Below, one piece after another: positions 12,741 through 25,803 of a stretch of DNA of 64,000 nucleotides. Numbering within the stretch: the stretch's first letter is position 1; each line of letters starts with the position of its first letter. Under the pieces are notes generated by a model. It was given only the letters and a program-made list of their open reading frames with translations, made no database searches and was not told where the DNA came from. Made by a program: the position numbers and the translations under genes. The stretch is taken from contig OX597816.1 in assembly GCA_951406725.2 (NCBI GenBank), positions 27,962,001-28,026,000 of the forward strand, read 5' to 3'. Source of the stretch: Octopus vulgaris (Eukaryota).

Positions 12741-14059
12741 ATAAATGTATGTACACACACACACATACATATATGTGCAGCACACACATTTACACTCATG
12801 GTCTATCAGTCTGTCTGTCTCTCTCACTCGCACACGTACACACCCGTACACACACAGTGCACTCACTCACACGCACACACACACACATCTCCGTGATAAA
12901 ATGTCGACACGAGGGAAGCGTAATGAGCCTATGTGTTTCCAAATACTTCCTGTACCTGTTAAAAATAATAACTAAATCCTCATTAGCCCAGTTCCCTAGT
13001 CTGAAAATTAGTTAACATATAGGGCGATGTACATGTCGCAATATTATATCCGAAAAATACGGAACATTTACTACTGAAACAATGTGGACTTTTCGTCAGT
13101 TGAACAAAAGCTGATGAGAAGTTAAATGATAGAAAGAATGGTGAAATACACGAATGACTTTCAGTTTCACTTTTCAGTCATTCTGAGTTCATAATGTACG
13201 ATTTTATTTTGATTGCGCGCTGGAATATTGATGTATTTCAACTGGGCGTTCGGCCAAATTCTCTGAGTGAAATCCGAGTTGATGTCGATTATATCGACCT
13301 TATTATATTGACAACAGACATAGACGTTCACCCGAGGTAGATGGATATGAAATGAGATCATCAGTAAGCTACGAAACCACTGTTATATAATGAGTTCAGT
13401 TTTCTAACGTTTTCTTTGTCGTTTTCTATGCGTTTCTAATTTTCTCTCCGTTTTATCTATCTACAGACACACACGCAGACAAACACGTACTCAAACGCAT
13501 GAACACACTCTCAAACGCACGCATACACACACGCGCGCGCGCAAACACGTACATAACACAATGTCATATGTTACCGAAGAATTATAGCCGGCGCAGAGAA
13601 TCAAGAAATATCTGGAACTTTCATATCATTATGAAAATAGCAAGAAGGAAAACTACGGACATGAGTTACTGCCGCAATAAGTGTCACTTCTACAGGTGTT
13701 TCCTTAATTGCAAATTGATATGATTCTTAGATATATACCGGAAGTATATAAGCTCCGATTCTTGAAATTATCCCTGTGCCTCGCCGATAATCTTTCGGAA
13801 TAACCACAAGACATTTTATTTCAAACTTCTCTGGAGAAGTTGATATCAATAGATAAGAATATACAGACCAATGTTAACGAAGGAACTTGGAACAAGAGTT
13901 TCTTCTTGGAAGTTACTAAGTAATATTTAGAAGAATAACATTAACAATGAATAAGATTGTTTAATGAAGCGAGGGAAATGTAAATGAAGTCGATTTATGC
14001 AGTAAAGATATATTATGAGGAATTTTTACTGTGAAATGTAATTTTAAACTTCTTTCTCT

Positions 14060-14250
14060 TATTATTTTCAGTCATTAGATTTCGACCATGCCGGAAGAGT
14101 ACGTTCAATGGTTTAATCGAACAAATCGATCCCATTATTTGTTTTTAAAGTCCGGTACTTATTCTATCAACTCTTTTGTCGAACCTCTAGTTTACGATGT
14201 CATCAACAAGCATCGGTTGTCAAGCGTTGGTGGATGACAAGCACAAAACA
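14060..14250 (-). mobile_element. 3' part of a CORE-type SINE
   Basis: Similar to 43515-43690 (ttcagtcatt...tacttattctatc...catcggttgtcaagcg). Confidence 0.7.
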
Positions 14251-14282
14251 CATATATGTACATATGCATACATACACACACA

Positions 14283-14357
<75 letters not shown>

Positions 14358-14544
14358 CAAAACAAATAGTTAGGGGTTATCAATCCGGTTAAAATACTTC
14401 ATAAGTCCTCCGTTGTCACACCACGCTAACAATATTACTTACATAAGTGAAGAACTCCAAGTAATCTTTTGGTAGGTTTCAAAGTTATGGCTCATCACAA
14501 TTCTATATTGTAAATCTGCGAATGAGCTTCAAATAAAAAGATTT

Positions 14545-14738
14545 TTACAAAGTCATGCGGAGAAAATCCCTGGAGAAGGACATCATGCTCGGAATGGTCA
14601 GTGGCAAGAGAGACCGACCAACAACCCGCTGGCTTGACACCATCAAGAGTGATACTGAAAGAAGCGGCCCAGGATAGAACTGACTGGAGGACACTGATCC
14701 AACGAGTAACCGAGAGTCGACTTCGACTGAGCGGATAT
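14545..14738 (+). mobile_element. RTE/BovB-like LINE 3' end fragment
   Basis: Translates to VMRRKSLEKDIMLGMVSGKRDRPTTRWLDTIK and EAAQDRTDWRTLIQRVTESRLRLSG, typical of the RTE C-terminus. Confidence 0.88.
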
Positions 14739-14840
14739 ATAGAGATAGATAGATATATAATTCATTTATTATAGCAAATTTGGCTTAAAACTGTTTCCAG
14801 TTGTCATTATAGACAGCTTCACTCAACTGATATATTGATA

Positions 14841-14974
14841 AATTGAGGTAAATTGAAAGACCTAAGAAAACTAGTGATACCTTCGTGAGAGCCAATTCCA
14901 GCAATGGCTCTGACGAAGGTATCATTAGATTTTTTTGGTCTTTCAATTTTTTTGTCTTACAATTTACCTCAATT
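14841..14974. repeat. Inverted repeat / hairpin with about 50-bp arms and a 10-nt loop
   Basis: ttgaaagacctaagaaaactagtgataccttcgtgagagcca pairs with tggctctgacgaaggtatcattagatttttttggtctttcaa. Confidence 0.85.
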
Positions 14975-15144
14975 ACTAATGATCTCCCATGGAATATAAT
15001 CAGATTCATGCTTATGTTTAGTGAGGACTGGAGGAAAATATACTCCTTGTTTGATATTTTGAATAAGCAAATTCAATGAAATTCTATGATTTAGAAGATT
15101 AGTCTATTTGATAGAAATATTTTTGCAAGTGTTGGATGTATTGT

Positions 15145-15362
15145 TTTCAAATTTTGGAACAAGACGAGCAAATTCGACGGAGTAGGTAAGTCGATATCAA
15201 CGACTCATGTGTTCAACTGGCACTTATTTTAATGACCCCGAAATGATGAAGGGGAAAATCAGCCACGGTGACATTTGAACTCAGAAAGTAAAGACAGACG
15301 AAATGTCGTTCAGTTTTTTGCGCGGCGTGCAGCAAACAATTATGCCAACTCACCGTCCTTTA
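15145..15362 (-). mobile_element. Deu/Nin-domain-type tRNA-derived SINE
   Basis: Reverse match to the 44925 family (cttattttaatgaccccgaaatgatgaagg...atttgaactcagaa...agacgaaat). Confidence 0.75.
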
Positions 15363-15450
15363 ATGTAGAATTAAAACTGAAGCAAATGAACAGCAAATAT
15401 ATAGTGCGTGTGTTTTATTGGCTAAACTGGCAACATGACCATCTCTAAAT

Positions 15451-15491
<41 letters not shown>

Positions 15492-15496
<5 letters not shown>

Positions 15497-15690
15497 GGAA
15501 AGTTTACGAAAATAAACAAAAGACGAAGGCAGGTGTAGTACAAGCAGACAAATGTATTAGTATAGCGCTCAGGAATAGAAAAAGTATTTTACGTTTCGAG
15601 CCTACGCAGTTCGACAGAAAGATACACAGAAGAAAACAAGGAGAGAAAAAATACGTGTAGGAGCTGACGATCTATCATGGCGTCCTGACT
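15492..15690 (-). mobile_element. Short Penelope-type pseudo-LTR-like module, family A, with a hammerhead-like motif
   Basis: Homologous to 24090-24265 and 31478-31612 and flanked on both sides by (TA)n. Minus strand of 15584-15625 reads ttt-CTGTCGA-A-ctgc(gtag)GCTC-GAAAC-GTA-aaa, with stem II damaged in this copy. Confidence 0.7.
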
Positions 15691-17139
15691 TCGGACATAT
15701 ATATATGTATGTATATATTTATGTATATATATATGTGTGTGTGTGCATGCATGAGTGTGAGTGTGTACACACACATATATATTTATACACATCTATATAT
15801 AATTACACACACGCGCACACACACATATATTGTTGTATTTGGAGATAAAAAATTGACAATTATGATTTGGGTCGTTCATATCATTTACTGCAGATTAGTA
15901 ATATCAATGAGATTCTAGAACCATTTGTTATATTAAAAAAACAAACTATGCTTTCATTTTAAGAGGAAAATAGATAGATACAATAACGTTTGTGGCTATC
16001 TAATGCTTGATGGTAATTAAGTATGAAAAAGATAACTTAGTATAGTACGGCTTTTACGCAATATATTTCTAAAACACAACCCTGCATTTTTTAGCATTTT
16101 CTTTACGTTTCAAATTGACAAATGATATACTGTTATTCCCTGTGTAATTTAGATGCAAATGGTTACAGTCAAAAGTTGTTTGAAGCCAATTAACAGAACT
16201 TTACGGTTTGACACTACTCATTATAATTTTCCAAAATTTCTACATGGACAATTTTTTTTTTCGTATTCGTAACCATTTTGTTTCAGCAATAAACAATAAC
16301 AGAAGATTGAAATTTTGTTTTTTGATTTTATTTCCGCCAATCAGATGCATCAACTCTAGGCAGTCGGAATTGCTCTATTCTCTTGCAACATTTGATTTTC
16401 GTTTTTTATGACACTTGTTCACCTAGTATTATTTTTAACTATCAAAACTCATATAGTTTTAAAGGTATTAACTTCCAAATCTAATTCTACATTTTATAAT
16501 CAGTCTTAATTTTGTCAAATATATTGAATACAAAAATTTCAGAAATTTAGATGTTTTTTTTTTTAGCAAATGCTTACTTTCAACTGATAAACACGTAGGA
16601 TACCAGCCAGCGCAACCTCAACTAATGATAATAAATTTACACACACTGACAAAAACACGCACACACAAACATACAGAAACACAGCCCTGAAACACACATG
16701 CAGACATATTTACATACATATATACATTTGTGTATTTATGTATGAATGTGCGTATGTATGTGTCAAAATATGTAATATGAAACAAGAAAAAATTTTATTT
16801 GAAAATATCTGTATTTTATCTCATCAAAATGCTGGGAAACAAAAATAAAATTCTATCTTATTGACAGTTATGTATACAGATATTTATTATATGCACAACT
16901 GGCGAACATATTCTGTTTTCCCAAGACTTGTATGTTTAATTAGCCTTCCTAATTTCTGTCAGTGAATTCTTGTTGCTGGCATCGAAACAAAAATGTTTTC
17001 AATCAAGTAATAACAGCTAAAATAGTTTAACTAAAACATAAGTGCAATGAAAAATGATAGATGTATATGAGCTGAGTTTGTAAAGTATAAAATTAGACTA
17101 CAGATAGGCTAATAGTTATATTTCAGTTTGGATAGTCTA

Positions 17140-18580
17140 TGTTTGTGTATGTATGTATGTATGTATGTATGTATGTATGTATGTATGTATGTATGTATTA
17201 TGTGTATGTATGTATGTGTGTATGTATGCACGTATGCATGTGTGCATGGATGTATGAATGTATGTGTGTGGATGTATGTATGTATGTATGTATGTACGTA
17301 TAAATGTATATATGTATTATGTGTATGTATGTATGTGTGTATGTATGCACGTATGCATGTGTGCATGGATGTATGAATGTATGTGTATGGATGTATGTAT
17401 GTATGTATGTATGTAGTAGAGTGTATGTGTATGTACGTATGTACGTTGAGTGTATGTATATATGTATGTATGTATGTATGTATGTAGTAGAGTGTATGTG
17501 TATGTACGTATGTACGTTGAGTGTATGTATGTATGTATGTATGTATGTATGTAGTAGAGTGTATGTGTATGTACGTATGTACGTTGAGTGAATGTATATA
17601 TGTATGTATGTATGTATGTATGTAGTAGAGTGTATGTGTATGTACGTATGTACGTTGAGTGTATGTATGTATGTATGTATGTAGTAGAGTGTATGTGTAT
17701 GTACGTATGTACGTTGAGTGGATGTATATATGTATGTATGTATGTGTGTATGTAGTAGAGTGTATGTGTATGTACGTTTGTACGTTGAGTGTATGTATGT
17801 ATGTATGTATGTAGTAGAGTGTATGTGTATGTACGTATGTACGTTGAGTGGATGTATATATGTATGTGTGTGTGTATGTAGTAGAGTGTATGTGTATGTA
17901 CGTTTGTACGTTGAGTGTATGTATGTATGTATGTATGTATGTAGTAGAGTGTATGTGTATGTACGTATGTACGTTGAGTGAATGTATATATGTATGTATG
18001 TATGTATGTAGTAGAGTGTATGTGTATGTACGTATGTACGTTGAGTGGATGTATATATGTATGTATGTATGTGTGTATGTAGTAGAGTGTATGTGTATGT
18101 ACGTTTGTACGTTGAGTGTATGTATGTATGTATGTATGTATGTAGTAGAGTGTATGTGTATGTACGTATGTACGTTGAGTGTATGTATGTATGTAGTAGA
18201 GTGTATGTGTATGTACGTATGTACGTTGAGTGTATGTATGTATGTATGTGTGTATGTATGTATGTAGGTATGTATGTAGTAGAGTGTATGTGTTTGTACG
18301 TATGTACGTTGAGTGTATGTATGTATGTATGTATGTAGTAGAGTGTATGTGTATATACGTATGTACGTTGAGTGTATGTATATATGTATGTATGTATGTA
18401 GCAGAGTGTATGTGTCTGTACGTATGTACGTTGAGTGTATGTAGGTATGTATGTATGTAGTAGAGTGTATGTGTATGTACGTATGTACGTTGAGTGTATG
18501 TATGTATGTATGTATGTATATATGTATGTATGTATGTAGGTATGTATTTATGTAGTAGAGTGTATGTGTATGTACGTATT
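17140..18580. repeat. (TATG)n-derived minisatellite, about 18 units of 50-75 bp with core GTAGTAGAGTGTATGTGTATGTACGTATGTACGTTGAGT
   Basis: The core recurs from about 17413 to 18578, separated by variable (TATG)n runs. Two copies of about 120 bp precede it at 17195-17400. Confidence 0.95.
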
Positions 18581-19599
18581 CGCATATTATACAAACATAA
18601 TATTTGGTGTTTAACACGTACGGATTGTAAGAACATATCTATCTTTAACTTCTCTGCCCTAATGTGTTCTTGCATGTACCCATGTATATGGTGATGAAGA
18701 CGATCCCCTTAATACGTGACGGCGCCGGCGTGACATAAGTTATGTCTTAGGCATAATAAACCTAGCGGAGCCCATCCCTCACGTCTTTAAACAGCCGATT
18801 TCAGTCACATATATATCGAGTGAGAACTTTCAACTTATGGACACTAAAACCACGCGCACACATGCGCATAGACACACACACACACATACACACACCCGCG
18901 CGCACGCATGCGCATAGACACACACACATAAACGCACCGACGCGCCCGCAGTATGATCTGTACGTGTGATTTGCATGAATCTATAAACGTTTATTTTTTA
19001 ATGTATAATACACACATGTATATACGCACACATTTATGTCTCTGCGTGTGCATATATATGTGTGTGCACGAGTGTGTGTATGTGTGTGTATGTGTGTATA
19101 CGTTAGGAAATAGGCACACACACAATACCCGATCTTTCCTATAGAGATAGAAAACGTGCTTACAAATAGAATGCAAATGAGACGAGGTTAGAAAGTCAAG
19201 GCGCCAACTTGCATATTTAAAGCCGCAAAATATATTGATCTACGAAATACAGTACCATAATCTTCTATCTGAAGATTTACTTCATTACTAGATTCTTCCT
19301 TGTTTATTCTAACAGTCTGTGAGCAACTTCATTGAATGTGAAGCAATATTATTATCATTTTGCGGTCTTTACATTTTGATTTTTATTATCCCTAATTTGG
19401 AGTTACCATGGCAGTTGTACGACTTGCGCTGATATAACCGATCTAGCTTCTGCCACTCAGTACTTGACATAAACAGAGTCCTTGAGCAAGTCAGACATAT
19501 ATATGTATATATATACACACACACAAGAGTTACGAAAGTTGTTTTTAATGTTTATTACCAATTGCTTGAAGCTGACTTTCTTCCTACACCCCGATTCCT

Positions 19600-20245
19600 G
19601 TTTACATTGGGCAGACGGCTGATTCATTTAAGAATCGTTATCGTAACCATATCGCCATCTTTAAACCAATCAATAACAGACATTCAAAATCTCTGGCAGA
19701 TTTTCTATGGCGAGTGAAGGAGGATAAAAGGAAGTACAGCATAACTTGGTCTATAGTAAGGCACATCATCATCATCATTGTTCGACCGTGGTCGAGACAA
19801 TGGAATTTACTATGCTACGCCAGACTTCACGGTCCATCATGGCATTACGGAGGTCCTGTTGATGGATGCCTGTATCCCTGGAGATTACATCAGGGTAGGA
19901 GAGTGTGCGCCCTCTGGTATTGCGAGTAGATGGCTTCTAGAGGAGAAGAGTAGAAATTGCCTCGATTTCCGCTCTACAACAATGTCCAGCAAACTGGATT
20001 TCCTACCTTTCACAAGAGATTACACAGGTGGTAGCTTCCCATATATTTGCATTTTAGTTGGATGACGCTTCCACGAGAGATTTTGAGCTCTCATAAGGAG
20101 GCGAGTGTAGGTTCCATCCAACCACCTCGCAAGCTTCTTTGATAACGTCTTATCTGAGCCATATAGCAGAATTGGTTCGACTGTGGCTTTGAAGATTTCA
20201 AGTCTGAAGTCTCTACTTAGTAAGGCACACGAAACCATACAATAT
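19600..20245 (+). pseudogene. Penelope-like GIY-YIG endonuclease fragment split by an RTE insertion
   Basis: 19600-19764 reads VYIGQTADSFKNRYRNHIAIFKPINNRHSKSLADFLWRVKEDKRKYSITWSIVRH and continues TKPYN after the RTE TSD. Confidence 0.8.
19766..20217 (-). mobile_element. 5'-truncated RTE-clade LINE with a (TGA)n tail and 12-bp TSD
   Basis: Translates to IFKATVEPILLYGS...LDGTYTRLLMRAQNLSWKRHPT...YPDVISRDTGI...AMMDREVWRSIV. TSD TAGTAAGGCACA at 19754-19765 and 20218-20229. Confidence 0.92.
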
Positions 20246-20955
20246 AATTTCCAGGAGATGCTGTCTCTGCACCAAGGAATCCCTGCCTACTCTGTGGGCT
20301 AATGGGAAGAGCATTAATAGAATTTCTGAAAGACTCTCGGGATGCCTACACGCATATAAATGTACTTTCGCATAATGCAGTGGAATGAATGTTGAGTAAC
20401 TGTTAGCATAATTTAATTTATTTTAAGGTATGGACGACATAAGTTTTCTTTTAACCTCCACATTCTTGCCAACACCAAGCACATAGTTAACTTGCTATGT
20501 GATCATGTGCCCACCAAACCTCACGCGTGTGTATGCTCACATTTTCGCGGATGGTTGTTTGATCAAGTGTACTTATGACATGCAGCTTGTCCGAGGGCAT
20601 TTATACATCCATATTTGTTAAATGTTATTTTTAATACGTTTCTCGCTGTATTTCTTGTTCGTTTCTCTTTTTTTACCATCTGTGATTTTATTTTTGTTCT
20701 TCTATATAAATGAAGATATTTGCTCCGCCAGGCTGTTTTACTTTCTACAAAACGAGAAGTTATATTGCGGAATTAGTATTCTAACGAGTTGTATCTATTT
20801 ATCACCCGACGGGAAACAACTGCACCGCCGGATGCTCCTGAAACAGTTGTTGAATGTCCCATTCATGAGAGATCTATGATAGATGTGATTAATAAATTCT
20901 CGTATATTTCATCTTCCGTCTTTCATCTACCACACACACACACACACACACACAA

Positions 20956-21003
<48 letters not shown>

Positions 21004-21519
21004 ACACATCATTAAACTTTCTGCCTCTGTGTTCCATCTATCTGCTACTTTTTGGATCACTAGCATCCTATCTGCTTGCAGCAGTGTTCCATGTGTTGAA
21101 AAGGTGCTTTCTATTTCATTTACAATGTCAAATCTGGTGTTCCTCAGTGTTTGATTTCATCCCATTCTCTCTTGCTTTGATATATCAAGGACCTACTTGT
21201 CTCTACATGCAACAACGCCCACTCTCAGGCATATGACGCGATCCTTTGCCTAACTTCTCTGACCTTGCTTTATCCACATATAATTCCAAACTTGCATTGA
21301 CTTTGTATACCTCGAGAGCATTCTCAACTGACACCATGCAAATCTGGGTAATTTGAACAGAAAAATTCTCAAGTGATATTGATACGATCCTTCCACCACA
21401 GAACGCCCTGCTCGAAACATGTGCAGCAGTAAGCAAGCGCACTATAGCCACCTTATTCTACGATTCTCACTATGACCCCAGTTCTGTCTTGGGTTAAAGC
21501 ACATCCTTTGTATGATTAG

Positions 21520-21990
21520 GAATGTATAACTCCATTAGTTCTCTCCAGAGCCACGAGATATTTTAGCTTTTAGTAGCTCCTGACACTCTACAATTCTCAA
21601 GTGTTACCCATATTAGAGTACTGCACCCATATCTTGGATGGCGCTACGTTTACATACCCCTTGGATTGTATCCAAAAAAGGACACACACTTGACTAGCAT
21701 TCTGTTATCAACAAACAACTGCGGTATTTTGGTCTAAGAACGTGGTGTCTTCTCTGTCTTTGCCATCGCTACTCCGGTGACATGTGCTCCTTGCGGTTAA
21801 TTGGTCTCATACCTCTGTAATGCTGGCATTCTCCACACACTCACCTTTCCATCTCTCATCCATTGTTGCGTCCAAACCCACAACTTTCGTACAAATAATT
21901 ACACCCAGTTCTTTCTGGGCACCGGTTATTTTGAATCTATTACCCTATCATGTCTTTCTTTAGGAATTAATATACAACAGTTCACTGAAC
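21520..21990 (+). mobile_element. Decayed CR1/Zenon-like LINE 3' fragment
   Basis: Translates to LLTLYNSQVLPILEYCTHILDGA, LDCIQKR, LCHRYSGDMCS, FRTNNYTQFF and LNLLPYHVF, matching the post-RT region of CR1-group LINEs. Confidence 0.75.
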
Positions 21991-22391
21991 TTTGACGTCA
22001 CGGGTCTCGGAGGGCCTACAGGGCATAAATCGGTAAATTCTGTATTATTGCGCCCGAGTTCCTTCACCAGGAGGGAAGCACCAACTTCGTACAAATAGAT
22101 ATGTTCTGTAACATGTATTGAACACACTGTTTCTCTTTGTAAAACTAAAGAAAACTACACGCACACACACACATGTATATATACTCATATATACATATAT
22201 TTACATATATTTACATATATACATACATATATTTACATATATATGTATGTATATATATATATATGTATATATATATATTTATATATGTATGTATTTATAT
22301 ATATTTATACATACATATATATATATGTGTTTGTGTGTATACATATACACACACATATAGTTAAATTTCGGGATGGGTCGTTTTTCGCTCT

Positions 22392-22535
22392 TGCTAAATA
22401 AACACAAGTACTGTTTATTCGTTCTTCACTCGTTTCTTACTGTCCTTAGCATTTCTGGACAATGGACAGCAGTTAAAATAATAATAATAATAAACGAGTG
22501 AAGAACGAATATATAGTGAGTGTGTTTATTTAGCA
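22392..22535. repeat. Inverted repeat with about 44-bp arms
   Basis: tgctaaataaacaca...tattcgttcttcactcgttt pairs with aaacgagtgaagaacgaata...tgtgtttatttagca. Confidence 0.85.
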
Positions 22536-22905
22536 CTCGGAAGCTTACAACAGAAACTCATGAACGTATGTATATACACATGATGGCTGCCCCCTCGTTA
22601 TCGAGTATGGCCATTGCACGAGGCTTAACTGTTATTGGTGCTATGGTCGAATGTGAAATTTATTTGCTTTTTAAGGCTACAGCCAGCCATTCAGTTGAGA
22701 CTCACAGCACCATCAACAATCATGAACAATGTAACATGTAACCCAGTACGACCTGTTGCATGGTCTGGCCGTCGGCGACTAAACCGGCAACCCCACCAAG
22801 CTTGCTTGGTGAGGAGGATGTTTATGTATATACACATATATATATAAATATATATATATATATGTGTGTATAGGGAGCTGGGAGGGAAGCAGAAATAGAC
22901 AGAGT

Positions 22906-22937
<32 letters not shown>

Positions 22938-23099
22938 AAGAGAGAGAGAGAGAAAGAGAGAAAGAAAACAAGAAGGAGAGAGAGAAAGACGGTGGTGTTT
23001 TACAAAAGCTTTTTAAATTGTAAAAAACAACATATATTACATGCTGAAATCGCCAGCGTGAGAAGAGTCACTCCATTTTCCTTGGAAACCTATATATAT

Positions 23100-23328
23100 T
23101 TTATTTCTTTACTGCCCACAAGGGGATAAACATAGAGGGGACAAACAAGGACAGACAAAAGGTTTAAGTCGATTACATCGACCTCAGTGCGTAACTGGTA
23201 CTTATTTAATCGACCCCGAAAGGATGAAAGGCAAAGTCGACCTCGGAGGAATTTGAACTCAGAACATAACGGCAGACGAAATACTGCTAAGCATTTTGCC
23301 TGGCGCGCTAACGTTTCTGCCAGCTCGT
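23100..23328 (-). mobile_element. Deu/Nin-domain-type tRNA-derived SINE
   Basis: Close reverse match to the unit at 45151-45334 plus the head (ctggtacttatttaatcgaccccgaaaggatgaaaggcaaagtcgacctcgg...tctgccagctcg). Confidence 0.9.
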
Positions 23329-24089
23329 ATTATGGTACACTCTCCTCGTATATGTCAATCATAATTGCAGTACCAAACAAAACTTTTATGCCTTTTGTTC
23401 CAATTCATGCAGCTAGATTGAGAAAAATAGTTACTGTTTGCCGTACCAAGAAGTTACATAGAAAGTATCAGTGTGATAATTTAATTCAACACTAATTCAA
23501 CAATAATTTCATTCAACACTAGCTTATTATCTACCACCCAATAAAAACATCATAAACGAATGGATTACATTTATGTTAACTATGTGCAAATTTCCGATCA
23601 ATCAATATAATTTATTTATTGAAATTACGTGAAATTTCGTTCAATTCGGCTAGGTTTTGAGTCCATGTTTTTGTACGTTTTCCTAAGTGATATAAGCTGC
23701 AAAGGTGGAACGCTTTGGCAATACGCTGGTAATTGAAACAAATGGAGGTTGTAGCAGTTTCCCTCTCACTCTATAACACATTTATGAGATAAAGAAGCAA
23801 TATGTATGTGAAAGAATACTCGAAAAGTTGTCATATGACCTATGGGTAAAAAATTAAGTAATATTTAGAGACGTGTGTGTAGTGTTGCAATATTAACAGA
23901 AATGTAGATTCATAATTCAAATTCACAACAAAATACCTAAGACACAACATTTGATAAGAAGCCATATGATAAGAAAGCCATAGACCTATGGATGGAGAAT
24001 AGGTCATAAAAATATGTATATATACATACATTCATGCACATACACATACATTAACACATACATATATATATAAACATGTATGTATGCAT

Positions 24090-24265
24090 TTTTTCTCTCC
24101 TTTTTCTCTCCTTTTTTTCTCTCTTTTTTCTGTGTCCTTTTCTGTAGAAGAGCGTAGGCTCGAAACGTAAAATACTTTTTGTATTCCCGAGTGTTATACT
24201 AATACATCAGTTTGTTTTGTACACCACCTGTCTTCGTCTTTTGTTTTTTTCGTAAACTCTCCCTA
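24090..24265 (+). mobile_element. Short Penelope-type pseudo-LTR-like module, family A
   Basis: Homologous to 15492-15690 and 31478-31612 and flanked by microsatellites. Confidence 0.7.
24134..24175 (+). ncRNA. Minimal type I hammerhead-like motif, variant core CUGUAGA
   Basis: ttt-CTGTAGA-A-GAGC(gtag)GCTC-GAAAC-GTA-aaa. Stem II is perfect, stem III is the palindrome ACGT, and there is a GUA triplet. Confidence 0.6.
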
Positions 24266-24337
24266 TGTGTATATGTATATATATGCGATTTTTTGTTATC
24301 CACAAGGGGCTATACAAGTATATATACATATATATAT

Positions 24338-24392
<55 letters not shown>

Positions 24393-25515
24393 CAAACGTA
24401 TTCTCAATAAAACTACATAGATATCAGAATGTTGTTTTTAATATTTCGTTTTGGGATTTGGTTTGCAAGATTCTTTATATGAGTTCGTGTGTTGAAGCAT
24501 ATTGTGTTGTGTCTGGGGAGAGTCATTTTCTTTTTGTGCCTTATAATGTAACATTCTCACTGGTAAAATTTCCACTTATTTTTTATATTTATTTTCCTAA
24601 AATCTTCGTTGCGTCTTGCAACCTTTTCAATTGTCTGTTTTTAATAGGTTAGTCATAATTAGAAGTTGTTGAAGTTCACTGTTTGACTGCTTGAGAGTCA
24701 GTAATATTCACATTTATAAATCGTTGTTTAATTTACAAATGCGTAATCTCATTTTTCTAATGTAGTTAACTTAGAGGATTGTTCAAAAAGAACATTACAG
24801 TATAGTAGCCATCACAGCATGTAAAATGAAATAACTTCAGAAATTGTTAATGCTTGTCATGCTGTTGTAGTCAAGAAAATGCATTGTAGAGATTTTGTGT
24901 TGAGTGAAACGTAGGGAATCAGTGTTCACTGTATGTGTCAGGAAGTCCGGGGTGGCGGCGGCGGCGGAAGGAGTAATTATCCTCAGTCAGAAGGTCTAAA
25001 ACGAAAGCTTAAAGTGAATAAGATTCTTCGAGAGGTCAAGCAGTGTGGCCCAGAACGGAACGACACATTGAAACTACTAACTGAGAAGAGGAAACGTTTT
25101 TCCGACGAGATTCTACAGACTTGTATCAACCAGAAAAGAACAAAAGGAATAGTAAGTCTTCTCGACCACTATAATATAACAGGAAAATATGTCTTCGAGG
25201 TCAACAACGACGACAAAAATAACAAGAACAATAACAACAACAGGAAGATATATTTGTGCATTAAATCATTACGATTCTAAAAGATTTGCATTTTATTTAG
25301 AAAAAAAAACGAGAAAAAGAAAGAAAACAAAGATAATAATAAAAGATAAAAACATACCGGTTTATAGAAATTAGAGAATTCAATTTGCGATTGGATGACG
25401 TTTCAACTGAAAAACATTGTGGTATATTTTAATGGAAGTTCATGTCCGGAAACAAACCTGTTGAATGCAAGAAATACATTGACGGTTAATAGGAGGGTTA
25501 AACTGGAGTTTTAGT

Positions 25516-25586
<71 letters not shown>

Positions 25587-25741
25587 TTGTGTACATTTAA
25601 ACACAAAAGAGCTGAGCCTTAACAAGTCGCCTTATATACTAGAAAGAACAGTCAAAAAGTCCAAACCACAGTTAAGAGCAATTTCGAAGGGAAAGAAAAA
25701 TAAAAACATTTACCATATTTTACAGCCGGATCTTACGTATG

Positions 25742-25803
<62 letters not shown>

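Noticed and set aside
17109-18675. 502-aa and 452-aa repeat ORFs, and a CRISPR-like repeat-spacer appearance
   Set aside because: This is a minisatellite. The spacers are only (TATG)n, there are no cas genes and the context is eukaryotic.
21030-21450. Possible minus-strand LINE fragment
   Set aside because: Too degenerate to assign any motif with confidence.
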